Source: Candidatus Dormiibacterota bacterium (GTDB lineage: Bacteria > Chloroflexota > Dormibacteria > Aeolococcales > Aeolococcaceae). Taken from it: a stretch of DNA of 64,000 bases. The position numbers and the translations under genes are program-made. The notes beneath the pieces are model-generated. The model searched no databases, was not told where the DNA came from, and saw nothing but the letters and a program-made list of their open reading frames with translations. The stretch is from NCBI GenBank assembly GCA_963709585.1, contig CAVPXI010000006.1, positions 96,001-160,000 on the forward strand, written 5' to 3'. Of the stretch, positions 11,505 to 22,230 are shown piece after piece (positions within the stretch are counted from its first letter, which is position 1; every line of letters starts with the position of its first letter).

Positions 11505-11608
11505 GGGCTGTGCCTCCCTCGCGTGCGATGACAGTTGTGTGCGTAGTACAGCAAATGGACGGTCGCGCGCCGCGAGGCCGGCTCAGGCTGCGAGTAGAGT
11601 GCGTAGCG

Positions 11609-12181
11609 GTGGAGCTTCCCCCGATCGGCGACCGCGTCGAGCCCGACGCACTTCGCGCGTTGAGCGACGACGCCCTCGATGCTCTGGGGGCCGACCTGCA
11701 GGCGACCGAGCGCGCCACCATCGCGGCGATGGCCCCGTACGAGCAGCATCTCCGCGAGATCCGCACCCGCGCCACCGAGCTGGCAACCGAGCGCCGGCGG
11801 CGCGAGCGTGCTCAGCAGGTTGCGCAAAGGGCAGGCGTCCGCGAGGCCGCAAAGTCGGGCGGCATGCCGAGCCTGGCGGCGGCGCTGGCAAGCGGGGACG
11901 ACCTTTTCGACGGGGCAACGCCGCTGACCGGCGTGCAGGCATTTCTCAGCACCGGCGGCGAGGTCGGCTTCGGCTTTGCGACGCGGCCGGGGACCATGAC
12001 CTTCACCGATGGGCGCCAGCAACGCATGGCACGCACCTGGGGCGAGGCGCGCGAGTTGCATGCGCTCGGGTGGGATCCAGGCGCGCCGGGGGTTCCCGGT
12101 GTGCGTGTGCACCTCGCCGGCAGCCGCGTCGAGCGCGTGGTGCCGGCGTCGGAGGTGGTGCTCGCCGCCGCGGCGGAGTAA
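11609..12181 (+). CDS. Hypothetical protein with coiled-coil N-terminus
   Basis: Protein-like ORF filling the gap between ech and tmk; start uncertain. Confidence 0.6.
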   Translation: MELPPIGDRVEPDALRALSDDALDALGADLQATERATIAAMAPYEQHLREIRTRATELATERRRRERAQQVAQRAGVREAAKSGGMPSLAAALASGDDLFDGATPLTGVQAFLSTGGEVGFGFATRPGTMTFTDGRQQRMARTWGEARELHALGWDPGAPGVPGVRVHLAGSRVERVVPASEVVLAAAAE

Positions 12182-12235
12182 CCGCGCCTACGTGCTCTCC
12201 GCGACCGTTACCAACCCCACCAGGGTGAAGGCGGA

Positions 12236-12994
12236 TCAGCCGACCGGCGCGCTGCCATAGGGGCTCGACTCAAAACCACCGGTGCTCCTCGCCGGCGGCG
12301 ATGCCGGGGCCGGCGCGGGGAGCCGCTGCACGATGACCTTCTCGACATCACGCGAGACGGCGATCGCGGGTCGGGTGGCGTCGACGCGCACGAACCTTCG
12401 CGGATGCTGCGCCGCCAGTTGCTCGAAGGCGGCCTCCACGGCCGCGTGAAACGTCTCGGGCGCGACCTCGAAGCGGTCGAGCGGTAGCTGCTGGGCGCGC
12501 TGCCGCTGTGCCGCATTCGCCGCAGGGATTGCGAGATACAAGGTGAGGTCGGGCCAGACGTCGCCGCACGCGGCTGCGTGCAGCCGGAGCAGGTCACCGG
12601 GTGGGATGCCTCTTCCGCCACCCTGATATGCGATCGTCGAGTCGGCGTAGCGATCGGCGATGACCACGCTGCCACGCCGGAGTGCCGGCAGGATCATCTC
12701 GTGCAACAACTGCACGCGTTCCGCGGTGAAGAGCAGCGCCTCGGCCCACGCCTCGAGCGCAGGTCCTCGCTGGTGCTGGAGCACGAAGCTATGCAGGATC
12801 TCACCGAGCGGGGTCTCGTTCGGCTGCACCGTTACGACGTCATGCCCTTGCTGGCGCAACGCACCCGCCAGCGACGCGACCTGGGTGCTCTTCCCCGCAC
12901 CGTCAAGCCCCTCGAACGAGATGAAAAAGCCGCGCCAGACGCTCATGTCAATCACCACTCCCCCGCCGTCGGGCCCCTCGCCCGAACGGCTCAT
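12236..12994 (-). CDS. tmk: Thymidylate kinase
   Basis: FEGLDGAGKST P-loop, IADRYADSTIAYQG, WPDLT. Confidence 0.93.
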   Translation of the reverse strand: MSRSGEGPDGGGVVIDMSVWRGFFISFEGLDGAGKSTQVASLAGALRQQGHDVVTVQPNETPLGEILHSFVLQHQRGPALEAWAEALLFTAERVQLLHEMILPALRRGSVVIADRYADSTIAYQGGGRGIPPGDLLRLHAAACGDVWPDLTLYLAIPAANAAQRQRAQQLPLDRFEVAPETFHAAVEAAFEQLAAQHPRRFVRVDATRPAIAVSRDVEKVIVQRLPAPAPASPPARSTGGFESSPYGSAPVG

Positions 12995-14662
12995 TCCGAG
13001 GGTCGCAGTATGACGAGTCTGCGGTTGGGTTCGTCACCCGTGCTGCGTGCCGTGAGCGCGTGCTGTTCGACGAGCTGATGCTGGAGCCTGCGCACGTAAG
13101 CGTTCTGCGGTGTGAGCTCGACGTCGTTACCGGTTCGTTGCATCTGCTCGATACCCTCGAGCACATCCTGCATTGCCGGCTCGTTGTCACCGGACGTGTC
13201 GGCGGTTGTGTCCCCGGGCGCATCGACGCCGTACACCCGCGCGAGCGCACCCTTGATCTGCGCGACCGTGTTGCTGCGCAGCACCTGGATCGGGATGCCC
13301 GACGACTCGGCGGCGCGAACCGGCGAATCGTGGCGGCGGTAATAATTCTTCAAGGTGAGTACCAGGTCGGCGTCGTCAACGTGGTGCTGGATGCGGACTG
13401 GGAGGCGCATCTCGCGCAACGACTGCTCGAGGTAGCTGCGTGAGACCCCATATGGGAAGATCGAGAGCGGCGGTCCCGGACGCACCGGCGGAGCCGGTGG
13501 TTCCCACTCGCGCTCGCGTCGCTGCTGTCCGGCGATGTACTCATCGACGTCAAAGCGCCTCCGGCGCTCGCGAGTCCGCCTTCCGCCGCGTCCACCGCCC
13601 GGGAAAGGCGCCGGTTCGAAGGGCGACGGTCGGGTCGCGGCTGCGCTGGTGTCGACGCGACTGACGATCGCGCCCGACTCGTCGCGAGTTCCGCAGTTGC
13701 GGCGGGCGAACCCTGCCCCGCAGCGCCTCGTCCACGGTCTCCGCAAGCGGTGCATGCACGACCACGCGGTCGCGCTCCTGGATCTCGATGAGCACGTCGA
13801 AGGTGGGTGGCGATTTGCGCTCGAGCACCGACTTCTGCGTCCCGCGGCGCCGAGCCTCCTCGTCCGACAGGGTCACCGTCTGAATCCCGCCGAGCAGATC
13901 GTTGAGCGTCGGATTGACCAGCAGCGAGTCGATGTTGGAGCCATGCGCGGTACCGACCAGCTGCACGCCGCGCTCAGCGATCGTCCGCGCCGCGACGGCT
14001 TCCAGCTCGGTGCCGATCTCGTCGATGACAATGCACTGTGGCATGTGGTTCTCCACCGCCTCGATCATCACCGCGTGCTGGAGCGCCGGTGTCCGGACCT
14101 GCATGCGGCGCGAGCGCCCGATGCCCGGGTGAGGGATGTCGCCGTCGCCGGCGATCTCGTTCGACGTGTCGACGATGACCACTCGCTTGCCACATTCGTC
14201 GCTGAGCACGCGTGCGCATTCGCGGAGCATGGTCGTCTTGCCGATACCCGGAGGACCGAGCAGCAGGATCGACTGGCCGCTGATGACCATGTCCTTGATG
14301 ATGTCGATCGTTCCGGTGACGGCGCGGCCAACCCTGCAGGTCAGCCCCACGATCGTGCCCTTGCGGTTGCGGATCGCGCTGATCCGGTGCAGCGTGCGCT
14401 CGATCCCCGCCCGATTGTCATCACCAAAGAGACCCACGTGCTCGGTGACATAGTCGATCTCGGCGTTGCCCACATTGGCGGAATCGAGGATGGCCTCGCC
14501 GTCGGTGAACCTCGCCTCGGGCTCGCGGCCGAGGTCGAGCACCACCTCGAGGAGGTCACCCCGTCCTTGCGAGAGCCGTTGCGCGGCGGAAGCGATGCGG
14601 GGCGGGAGCGCTGCGAAGAGCAGGATGAGCTCCTCTTCCCATGAGGATCCGTAGGGCATCAT
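12991..14662 (-). CDS. Ycf45/SpoIIIAA-like AAA ATPase with C-terminal R3H domain; +1 insertion at 13686-13691
   Basis: [32 protein letters not shown]; second frame ends [13 protein letters not shown] (R3H). Confidence 0.88.
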
Positions 14663-15753
14663 CTGGGCGACGATCTCTGTCTCCTCGTTGTGGTCGTTGA
14701 CAGGACGCGGAGCGGAACCGAAGGCGCCGCTGATGGCACACTGCGAGCGATGCCGGCGTGGATCAGGACAGGCTTCTTGCGCCGCGAGGGCGCGTTGATG
14801 CGCACCTTCTCGCCAAGCTCGCTGATGAGCAGCAATTGGGTGCCGTAGACGGCAAACCCGCGTACCTGCAGGGCGCGGATCAACTCGAAGTCGTAGTGAC
14901 GGAGCACGCAGGACGCCGGTCCGGACGGCAGCTCCGCGAGCACCGCGTCGATGATGGCGTCACGCAACCCGGGATCGTGCCCCTCGCACATCATGCTGAG
15001 GCTCGCCGGCTGCGCGGCGGTGGGCGGCCGGATCGCCGCCCAGGCGACGATCCCCGGACGCTCGACCACCAGGTGACGGACGTTGTCGCGACCCAGCGAG
15101 GCGATGAGGCCCTGCGCGTATCCGGCCTGCCATGTCTTGAGCGAAGGACCCTCGACATCGGCGACGTGGGAGGGCGTCGTGCGCAGATAGAGCAGGTAGA
15201 TGGCCCCGATGTCATCTCGGCGCGCCGGGCGGATGAGCGTCGACTTCACGCAGGGTTCGGGTTCGGCTGCGGCCTGGTCGCGATAGAGGATCTGCTCGGT
15301 GGCGAACTGGGTGAAGCCGTGCTCGAGAAACACAGGAAGCAGCGGATGGTCGAGGGGCAGGCGCACGTGGACGCGCTGCACGCCGTGCTCGAGACCTTGG
15401 TTGCGCACTCCGTCGAGCAATTCGGCGCGGGCGAAATGACCGTGCGCCGTCGTCGATGTGCACAGGTTGAGGATCTGCCACGAGCGTGGGCGAACCGACA
15501 GCGACTGGACCTGGACGAAACCGACCACACCTTCCTTCGTGTCCTCGGCGACGAGCATCTCCTCCGAGACGTCGGTGATCGGCACCAGCGACGACAGCGA
15601 CTTGGTGAGCGCCTGCCAGAGTTGGAGCAACGTCGCCTGGGGCACGGGGCTGTCGAGGGTCATCTGCGCGCCGTGGCGCTCGTCCTCGGTTGCCTCGCGG
15701 TACAACTGCTCGATCCGCGCGAGGTCGCGAAACGATGCCGAGCGGATGATCAT
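14659..15753 (-). CDS. Tandem GNAT-fold protein
   Basis: Two 'IRxAxxxD' GNAT-like starts; ATGA overlap with pdxT stop. Confidence 0.6.
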   Translation of the reverse strand: MIIRSASFRDLARIEQLYREATEDERHGAQMTLDSPVPQATLLQLWQALTKSLSSLVPITDVSEEMLVAEDTKEGVVGFVQVQSLSVRPRSWQILNLCTSTTAHGHFARAELLDGVRNQGLEHGVQRVHVRLPLDHPLLPVFLEHGFTQFATEQILYRDQAAAEPEPCVKSTLIRPARRDDIGAIYLLYLRTTPSHVADVEGPSLKTWQAGYAQGLIASLGRDNVRHLVVERPGIVAWAAIRPPTAAQPASLSMMCEGHDPGLRDAIIDAVLAELPSGPASCVLRHYDFELIRALQVRGFAVYGTQLLLISELGEKVRINAPSRRKKPVLIHAGIARSVPSAAPSVPLRVLSTTTTRRQRSSPR

Positions 15754-16356
15754 GCCGCGTTGACCTCGAGGGCGGCGGCCGCTCGCTCCAGGAACAGCTG
15801 ATGCAGGCGAGGATCGTCGGTCATCTCCGGATGGAAGCACAGGCCGAGATGCGGCCCCTGGGCGACGGCCACTGGGTTGTTGCCGAAACTGGCCACAACC
15901 TCGGCGTCGGGGCCGGTGTGCTCGATCAGCGGCGCACGGATGAACACGGCGCGAAATGGCGCCACGCCGAGCAGCGAGACCGGGACATCGGCTTCGAATG
16001 ACTCAAGCTGGCGCCCGTAGCCGTTGCGGCGAACGCTGACGTCGAGGATGCCGAGTGCGATCTGGTCGGTGCGGCCGTCAAGCACCTCGCGGCTCATCAG
16101 GATCAGGCCGGCGCACGTCGAGAGCGTGGGCATGCCCGCGGCGAGCCGCTCCCGGAGGGGCATTTCGAGGTCGAAGACGCGGAGCAGCCGGCTCATCGTC
16201 GTCGAACTCGCCGCCGGGGAGGACGAGCGCGTCGACCTCGTCGAGCTCAGCCGGCGTGCGCACCGTGGACGCCTCGGCGCCGCAGCCGCGGAGTGCCATC
16301 AGGTGTTCCCGGACGTCGCCCTGGAGGGCGAGGACGCCTACCCGAAGGATGGTCAA
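15750..16356 (-). CDS. pdxT: PLP synthase glutaminase subunit; +1 insertion at 16204-16209
   Basis: [12 protein letters not shown](S)TTM restored by deleting one base, TCAGLI, FIRAP, FHPE. Confidence 0.93.
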
Positions 16357-16454
16357 TTCCCTCTCAGCGGACGCGACGGCTCCGTCCCTGGCGGGGCAGG
16401 CTTCGCGTCATTCGCACACCTCTAGTGTACGCCGGGCGCGAGCCGGCGGCAGCG

Positions 16455-17372
16455 TCACCAACCGCGGGTCGCGAGCAGCTCCCCGGCCGGCATCGACGCG
16501 ACGTCGAGCCCCGGCATCGCCTTGCCCAGGCCGGCGCTCACTTCGGCAATGACCTCGGGCTTGTCGAAGTACGTTGTGGCGGCAACGATCGCCTTCGCGT
16601 AGGCCTCGGGATTGGTGCTCTTGAAGATGCCGCTGCCCACGAAGTTGCCGTCGCAGCCGAGTTGCATCATCAGCGCCGCGTCAGCCGGTGTCGCGATGCC
16701 ACCTGCAGAGAAGTTGACGACCGGCAGCTTGCCCGTCCTGTGAATCTCCTGGATGAGCTCGAAGGGCGCGCCGAGATGTTTGGCCTCGGCCATCAATTCC
16801 TCCGGCCGCATCGACGCAATGCGCCGGATGCCGCCCTGCACTGCGCGCATGTGACGGACCGCCTCGACCACGTTGCCGGTCCCAGCCTCGCCCTTGGTGC
16901 GGATCATCGCCGCGCCTTCGCCGATACGCCGCAGCGCCTCGCCGAGGTCACGCGCCCCGCACACGAACGGCACATCGAACTGCCACTTGTCGATGTGGTG
17001 TTCCTCGTCCGCCGGTGTGAGCACCTCGGACTCGTCGATGTAGTCGACACCGAGAGCCTGGAGCACCTGTGCCTCGACGAAGTGGCCGATGCGGGCTTTA
17101 GCCATGACCGGAATGGTCACCGCCGCAATGATTTCCTTGATGAGACTGACGTCGCTCATGCGCGCGACCCCGCCGTCGCGGCGGATGTCCGACGGCACGC
17201 GCTCGAGGGCCATGACGGCGACCGCGCCGGCGTCCTCGGCGATCTTCGCCTGCTCGGCTGTCACGACGTCCATGATGACGCCGCCCTTCAGCATCTCTGC
17301 CAGGCCCCGCTTGACCCGCACACCGCCGGTGTGAGGCTCGTGTCCGTTGGCCGCTGTCTTATCGCTGCTCAT
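16455..17372 (-). CDS. pdxS: PLP synthase lyase subunit
   Basis: [40 protein letters not shown]. Confidence 0.97.
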   Translation of the reverse strand: MSSDKTAANGHEPHTGGVRVKRGLAEMLKGGVIMDVVTAEQAKIAEDAGAVAVMALERVPSDIRRDGGVARMSDVSLIKEIIAAVTIPVMAKARIGHFVEAQVLQALGVDYIDESEVLTPADEEHHIDKWQFDVPFVCGARDLGEALRRIGEGAAMIRTKGEAGTGNVVEAVRHMRAVQGGIRRIASMRPEELMAEAKHLGAPFELIQEIHRTGKLPVVNFSAGGIATPADAALMMQLGCDGNFVGSGIFKSTNPEAYAKAIVAATTYFDKPEVIAEVSAGLGKAMPGLDVASMPAGELLATRGW

Positions 17373-17417
17373 GTTCTCGCTCCTCGTCCGGCTCGCTCTG
17401 CCGGGAACGAGTTCATT

Positions 17418-18008
17418 CTAAGCGCTTCGTGGCGAGTTCTTCGCCTTCGATGCTGTTCGTGCTGCGGGCTTTGTTGCAGGTTTTGTGCTGCTTTTCGCAA
17501 CCGTAGGCGCGGTCTTTGTGGCAGGTTTCGTGGTGGCCTTTGGGTCCGGTTTCACCACCGATCGCCGAGGGCCCAGCTTCTCGGTGTGAAGCTTGAGTGT
17601 CTCGACAGATCGCTGCAGGTTGCCGCGCACGATTGGTTCGGCAGCGCGACCGAGCAGCTTTCCGGCGATCCCACCGCCGAACTCGTACTCCATGTCGAAG
17701 GTCACCTTGGTCTTCTCGCCCTTGGGCAGGAACGCCCACAAGCCGATCTGCTTGAAGCCTTCGTTGGAGTGCCAGCCGATCGCCGTGTTCTCAGACCAAG
17801 TGGTGATGTCTACCACCGATGTCAGCGTCGTCGGTCCGGCTTTCATACCGACCGCAAACTGCGCACCTTTGCCGTGGGTGACCTTGCCCGTCGGCTGCCA
17901 CTTCACCAGGTCCTTCATGTACTTCGTGGTGTTGCGATAGTCGTCGACGTACGCGAACACCGTGGCCACCGGAGCATTGATGGTCATGTCGATGGTGATG
18001 CGACCCAT
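17418..18008 (-). CDS. SRPBCC/polyketide cyclase family protein with Lys/Ala-rich tail
   Basis: INAPVATVFAYVDD start; KPATK repeats at C-terminus. Confidence 0.75.
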   Translation of the reverse strand: MGRITIDMTINAPVATVFAYVDDYRNTTKYMKDLVKWQPTGKVTHGKGAQFAVGMKAGPTTLTSVVDITTWSENTAIGWHSNEGFKQIGLWAFLPKGEKTKVTFDMEYEFGGGIAGKLLGRAAEPIVRGNLQRSVETLKLHTEKLGPRRSVVKPDPKATTKPATKTAPTVAKSSTKPATKPAARTASKAKNSPRSA

Positions 18009-18128
18009 ATACCTGGACTCCTGGCGCGGCGGCACCGCGCGATTGCCTCAGTATGCGAGTCCGGACGGAGCCATGCGAGGGGCCGTCAGGGGCCCGCTGA
18101 GGCGGGTGGTATCATCCGGGCCGGGCGC

Positions 18129-18203
18129 CGGGAAGTAGCTCAGCCAGGTTAGAGTGCACGGTTCGGGACCGTGAGGTCGGGAGTTCGAATCTCCCCTTCC
18201 CGA
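18129..18203 (+). tRNA. tRNA-Pro(CGG)
   Basis: CGGGAAG/CTTCCCG acceptor, CACGG-TTCGGGA-CCGTG anticodon arm, GGGAG-TTCGAAT-CTCCC T arm; CCA not encoded. Confidence 0.95.
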
Positions 18204-18234
18204 CGGTTTCGCAACCTCGGCATCGCCTTTCCCG

Positions 18235-18606
18235 TCAGCGCGGAACCGGGTACAACACGTCGGCCCACTGTTCGCCGCTCAGGTCGAGATCCAGATGGCG
18301 GAACGGACCGACGCCGCGCTGAATGAACCGAAGCTGTGCCGGCATGCGATCGATGAGACGCGCATCGATCAAGACCTCGCGACCGCGCAGCAATCCGAGC
18401 GCGACCCAGGACGCACCACTGGTGTCCGGTTGGGACGCGGTGGTGTCGACGCGAATACGCACATCGCAAACGCGAGCTCCGGAACAGCAGGCTCGTGACG
18501 ACATGTAGGCGATGAACAAACGTGAAGCCTGAGGGTGCTCATCGAGCCATTGCCGCGCGTGGTCGTCGACGTGCAGATCGAAGCGGTTGCGGATGGTCGC
18601 TCCCAT
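18235..18606 (-). CDS. Small hypothetical protein with CC..C motif (HesB/DUF779-like fold possible)
   Basis: VDDHARQWL...SSRACCSGARVC...VLIDARL pattern. Confidence 0.55.
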   Translation of the reverse strand: MGATIRNRFDLHVDDHARQWLDEHPQASRLFIAYMSSRACCSGARVCDVRIRVDTTASQPDTSGASWVALGLLRGREVLIDARLIDRMPAQLRFIQRGVGPFRHLDLDLSGEQWADVLYPVPR

Positions 18607-18626
18607 CAGGCCAATGAGTATGGCGC

Positions 18627-19205
18627 TCACGCGCTGCAGACGGAGCGGTTGAGCCAGCCCGTGGCGTAGACGTCGCCGCCGGTCGGATCCGTACCCGTGC
18701 AATAGATGTCGTCGACCAGCAGCCGGCTGCCCTGGAGGATCACCACGAGGTCGTACTTGTCCATGATCGTGCCTGGACCGAATCCCAATGTCACGTGGGC
18801 GACACCGCCAGTCGCCGATGGCGTCGCGGTCACCAATTCGGTTGTCCATGCAGGATCCTGGCCGCCTCCGACCGGGTCCGGCGCACTCGTCACGTCGTTG
18901 ACATCATGCTTCAGTTGCGCGACCAGTCTCGAGGTCAGCGGGCACGACGCGAAGATGTCGGGTCCAGACGAGCCGGCATCGCAGGTCGTGAACATGGCGG
19001 TACCGATGCACTTTGCAGGCGTGCAGGCCGGATAGACCATGGATGCGATCGTGCTGAGCTGTTCGGCGGTTGCAGCGGACGTTGCCGGGGCCGGTGTTGG
19101 AGTTGCCGTTGCGGAGAAGGTGGGCGATACGGTGACGGTGCTCGTTGCGTGAGCTGTCGGTGTAGCCGATGACCCGCACGACACGAGCAGCGCGGCCGCC
19201 AGCAT
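18627..19205 (-). CDS. Putative lipoprotein, Cys-containing
   Basis: Lipobox LLVSC followed by Thr/Pro-rich linker. Confidence 0.65.
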   Translation of the reverse strand: MLAAALLVSCGSSATPTAHATSTVTVSPTFSATATPTPAPATSAATAEQLSTIASMVYPACTPAKCIGTAMFTTCDAGSSGPDIFASCPLTSRLVAQLKHDVNDVTSAPDPVGGGQDPAWTTELVTATPSATGGVAHVTLGFGPGTIMDKYDLVVILQGSRLLVDDIYCTGTDPTGGDVYATGWLNRSVCSA

Positions 19206-19292
19206 CGGCGCGCTCCGGGCGAATCTCGTGAGCCATATCACGTGACGTTCTCGCAGTTGAAGATGACGGCGACCAGATAGCATAAAGATTAC

Positions 19293-19367
19293 GGCCCCGT
19301 AGCTCAGTGGATAGAGCAGAGGTTTCCTAAACCTTGTGCGCAGGTTCGATTCCTGCCGGGGCTACCA
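19293..19367 (+). tRNA. tRNA-Arg(CCT)
   Basis: GGCCCCG/CGGGGCT acceptor, GAGGT-TTCCTAA-ACCTT anticodon arm, GCAGG-TTCGATT-CCTGC T arm, encoded CCA. Confidence 0.95.
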
Positions 19368-19371
19368 ACGT
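19356..19371 (+). repeat. 16-bp direct repeat, copy 1 (tRNA-Arg 3' end; att-like)
   Basis: CCGGGGCTACCAACGT identical to 20973-20988. Confidence 0.75.
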
Positions 19372-19617
19372 GATCTCGCGGGTCATCGAGGCCACCCGTC
19401 TCACGTCATGGTGGCCGGACGGAGGCGTCCCCAGGGCTGGGGTGGCGGGCGATGGGGTGCGCACCCGGGTCATCGCCGCTGTCCTCGAGGTCGTGGCGAA
19501 GAGGTCGTGGCGAAGCTGAAGGATCTCGGCCTGGATGTCGATCGGCGCCACGCCCCGAAGTGTTATTGCCGCAAATGGCTATAACCCCAGAGGGAACCAC
19601 AATTGTCCGTGCTGTAG

Positions 19618-19638
19618 CGAACAGGTGTTTGGTACAAT
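19618..19638 (+). promoter_or_regulatory. LexA-type SOS box abutting a -10 element of the DUF222-HNH gene
   Basis: CGAAC-AGGT-GTTTG then TACAAT (19633-19638), 6 nt before ATG 19645 (leaderless geometry). Confidence 0.7.
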
Positions 19639-19644
19639 GTAGCC

Positions 19645-20856
19645 ATGGAAGCGTTCGCCATACCGGATGCGCGAGACCGTGTGCATGACGCTGTCGATGC
19701 ACTCGTCGACGAGTTCCATCGACGATGTCTCGACACACGCTCTGGCCGAGGACCTGATCGACATCCGGCGGTCAATCGATCAACTCGAAGCGGAGTTCAT
19801 CCGTCGCTTGCACCGCTTTCATCACGCTGGCGGAGCGCTGGCCGACGGCGGGGTGAGCACGGTGTCCTGGCTGCGAGCTCGTTGCGGCATGACGGTGAAG
19901 GCGGCCGCGTATCGCGTGCACCTGGCACTGACCCTGGGCGAGCTGCCGGCCACCCTCGACAGCGCCCGTGCCGGTCGCGCCTCCTTCAGCAACGTGACCA
20001 TGATCGCCCACCTCGCCGAGGATGTCGGCGTGGAGCAGGTGGCGCCGCTCGAGAGCATCCTGGTGGGAGCGGCCGAGACGCTCGAGCCCGGTGCCATGCG
20101 CACCCTCACCCAGGCCACCCGGCTGCGGCTCGACCCCGATGGCGTGCTCGCCGATGACAACCACGCCCACGAGCGCCGCTGGTTCGAGTGCGACCAGACC
20201 TATGGCGGCGTGTTCGTCCTGCGTGGTGAGCTCGATGCCGAAGGCGGTGCGCTGGTGAAGACCGCGATCGATGCGCTCAGTCACGGTATGAGCCGTGGAG
20301 AGACGCGGACGGGGTCGCAGCGCCGTGCCGACGCGCTGGTCGATCTTGCCGCCACCCAGCTGCGCTGCGGTGACCACCGCGACGTGCACGGGCAGCGGCC
20401 GCATCTCACGGTACGGTGAGTGCGGAGACGCTGCGCTCTGGGGCCGATGCACAGCCTGCCGAGTTGAGCGGCGTAGGTCCGATCCACCCGGAGACCGCGC
20501 GCCGCATCGCCTGTGACGCGGTGCGAACGCTGGTGACGGTTGCGCCGCCTGCTGATGGTTTGGCCTGGACGGCCGGGAGTACGAGTGTGAGGCCGCTCTC
20601 GGTCGGCCGGGCCACACGCACGATCCCCGCACACATCCGCACCGCGCTGAACCTCCGCGACCAGGGCTGCCGCTTCCCGGGGTGCGACCGCCCGCCGGCG
20701 TGGACCGATGGACACCACATCATTTACTGGCCGGACGGTCCAACCGAGGTCGACAATCTGGTCTCCCTCTGCCGGCCGCACCACCGCGCGGTGCACGAGC
20801 AGGGTTGGCGCATCCACATCGCTGACGGAATTGCCGTCGTGGATCCGCCACCCTGA
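19645..20856 (+). CDS. DUF222 (REP13E12-like) HNH endonuclease; compensating frameshifts at ~19711 and ~20412
   Basis: QRRADAL, ARRIACDA, RDQGCRFPGC...GHHI...NLVSLCRPHHRAVH HNH motif. Confidence 0.88.
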
Positions 20857-20946
20857 CGACGTGTCCTCACGCCGTAGCGCTACCCCAACTACGCGGCTGC
20901 TGCTAGGTGGCCACCATCTCCTGCGAGCCCAGCCGAAGAGCGGCCA

Positions 20947-21594
20947 CTATTTGGCTTGAATTCCACTCACTCCCGGGGCTACCAACGTCGTGTACGCGAG
21001 CGCGCCGCCGAATCCGATCAAGCCGGTACCGGCGACGCCATCGGTGACGCGGATTGCCCGCCGTCCCATCGATCGACGCGCGCGTGCAACCCCGGTTGCG
21101 AGCATGGTGACCCACGTCAGACTGCCGATCGCAACGCCGGCGACCAGGAGCACCGCAGCTCCCGTCGTTCGCACCAGTCCGGCAGCGCTCGTCGCGGCAA
21201 AGATGGCGCCCCAGGACACGATGGTTGAGGGGTTGGATGCAGTCCCGCCCAGCGCGGTGATGAAAGCACGCTTCGGACTCGACACCTCGAACGGTGTCTC
21301 CCCGCCGATGCGCACGCGTAGCGCGCTGTAGAGCGTCCGCGCACCGAGCCACACGAGCACGATCGCACCAACCAGGCCGAGCACGAGACGCACGGGGTGG
21401 ATGGCGAGAAGTGGCGTGGCGCCGCCGGCGCCCGCGGCCGCGTAGAGGCCGTCAACCGCGGCGATGCCCGCACCGATTGCGGCACCGACTTTCCATCCGC
21501 TGCGCAGCGTAGACCTGATCAGAAACAGCGACATCGGACCGAGTTGGAGCGCGACGAAGAACCCCAATCCAAGGCCGATGATGGCGGCGTTCAT
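20947..21594 (-). CDS. LysE family translocator
   Basis: GFFVALQLGP, TASNPSTI motifs; multiple TM segments. Confidence 0.85.
   Translation of the reverse strand: MNAAIIGLGLGFFVALQLGPMSLFLIRSTLRSGWKVGAAIGAGIAAVDGLYAAAGAGGATPLLAIHPVRLVLGLVGAIVLVWLGARTLYSALRVRIGGETPFEVSSPKRAFITALGGTASNPSTIVSWGAIFAATSAAGLVRTTGAAVLLVAGVAIGSLTWVTMLATGVARARRSMGRRAIRVTDGVAGTGLIGFGGALAYTTLVAPGVSGIQAK
20973..20988 (+). repeat. 16-bp direct repeat, copy 2 (att-like)
   Basis: Identical to tRNA-Arg 3' end plus 4 nt. Confidence 0.75.
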
Positions 21595-21635
21595 GACTCA
21601 GAACTCTAATGGGAGTCGAGTGGTCACCTTCCGGA

Positions 21636-22199
21636 TCACGACACGCCCGGTGCCTCAACCGATCCGATTCGCTTCCAGTAGATCAGCGTCCCGGTCAATC
21701 CGCCGTGGGGCTTGAACGCATAATCGGGAATCTCGCCGGTCAGTGTGAATCCCAGCCGCTCATAGAGCGTCGCGGCGCCGCCCTCCACCGCAGTGTCGAG
21801 CACCAGCAGCGAACGCTCCCGCTCGGCAGCGACCGTCTCGAGGGCCAGCATCAGCGATGTTGCGATTCCCAGGCCTCGATGGCTCGGACGGGTCATCAGC
21901 TTGGCGACCTCGGCGCGATGCGGCTGGTTTGGCGGAAAGTCGAGCAGGAGCGTCGCCGTCCCGACCAGGACAGTGCCGTCCCAGGCCCCGAGAACGACTC
22001 GTTCGCCGCGGGCGGCGGCGCCCAGCGCATGGTCCCAGTAGGCGTCAGCCGCCGCCGGGGCCAGCGGGTGCATGAAGCTCACCGAACCGCCATTCGCGAC
22101 CACCTCGATGAGGATCTCACTCAACGATGCGCGCGTTGTCGGCGACGGCTCCAACCGGGTGATCACGATATCCGCCACGACCGTGGAGTCTGCCCGCAC
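21636..22199 (-). CDS. GNAT N-acetyltransferase
   Basis: PNQPHRAEVAKL, HRGLGIA, LLVLDT, LYERLGF. Confidence 0.88.
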   Translation of the reverse strand: MRADSTVVADIVITRLEPSPTTRASLSEILIEVVANGGSVSFMHPLAPAAADAYWDHALGAAARGERVVLGAWDGTVLVGTATLLLDFPPNQPHRAEVAKLMTRPSHRGLGIATSLMLALETVAAERERSLLVLDTAVEGGAATLYERLGFTLTGEIPDYAFKPHGGLTGTLIYWKRIGSVEAPGVS

Positions 22200-22230
22200 G
22201 CGGATACTTCTCGCACCGGCCGAGGACTCG

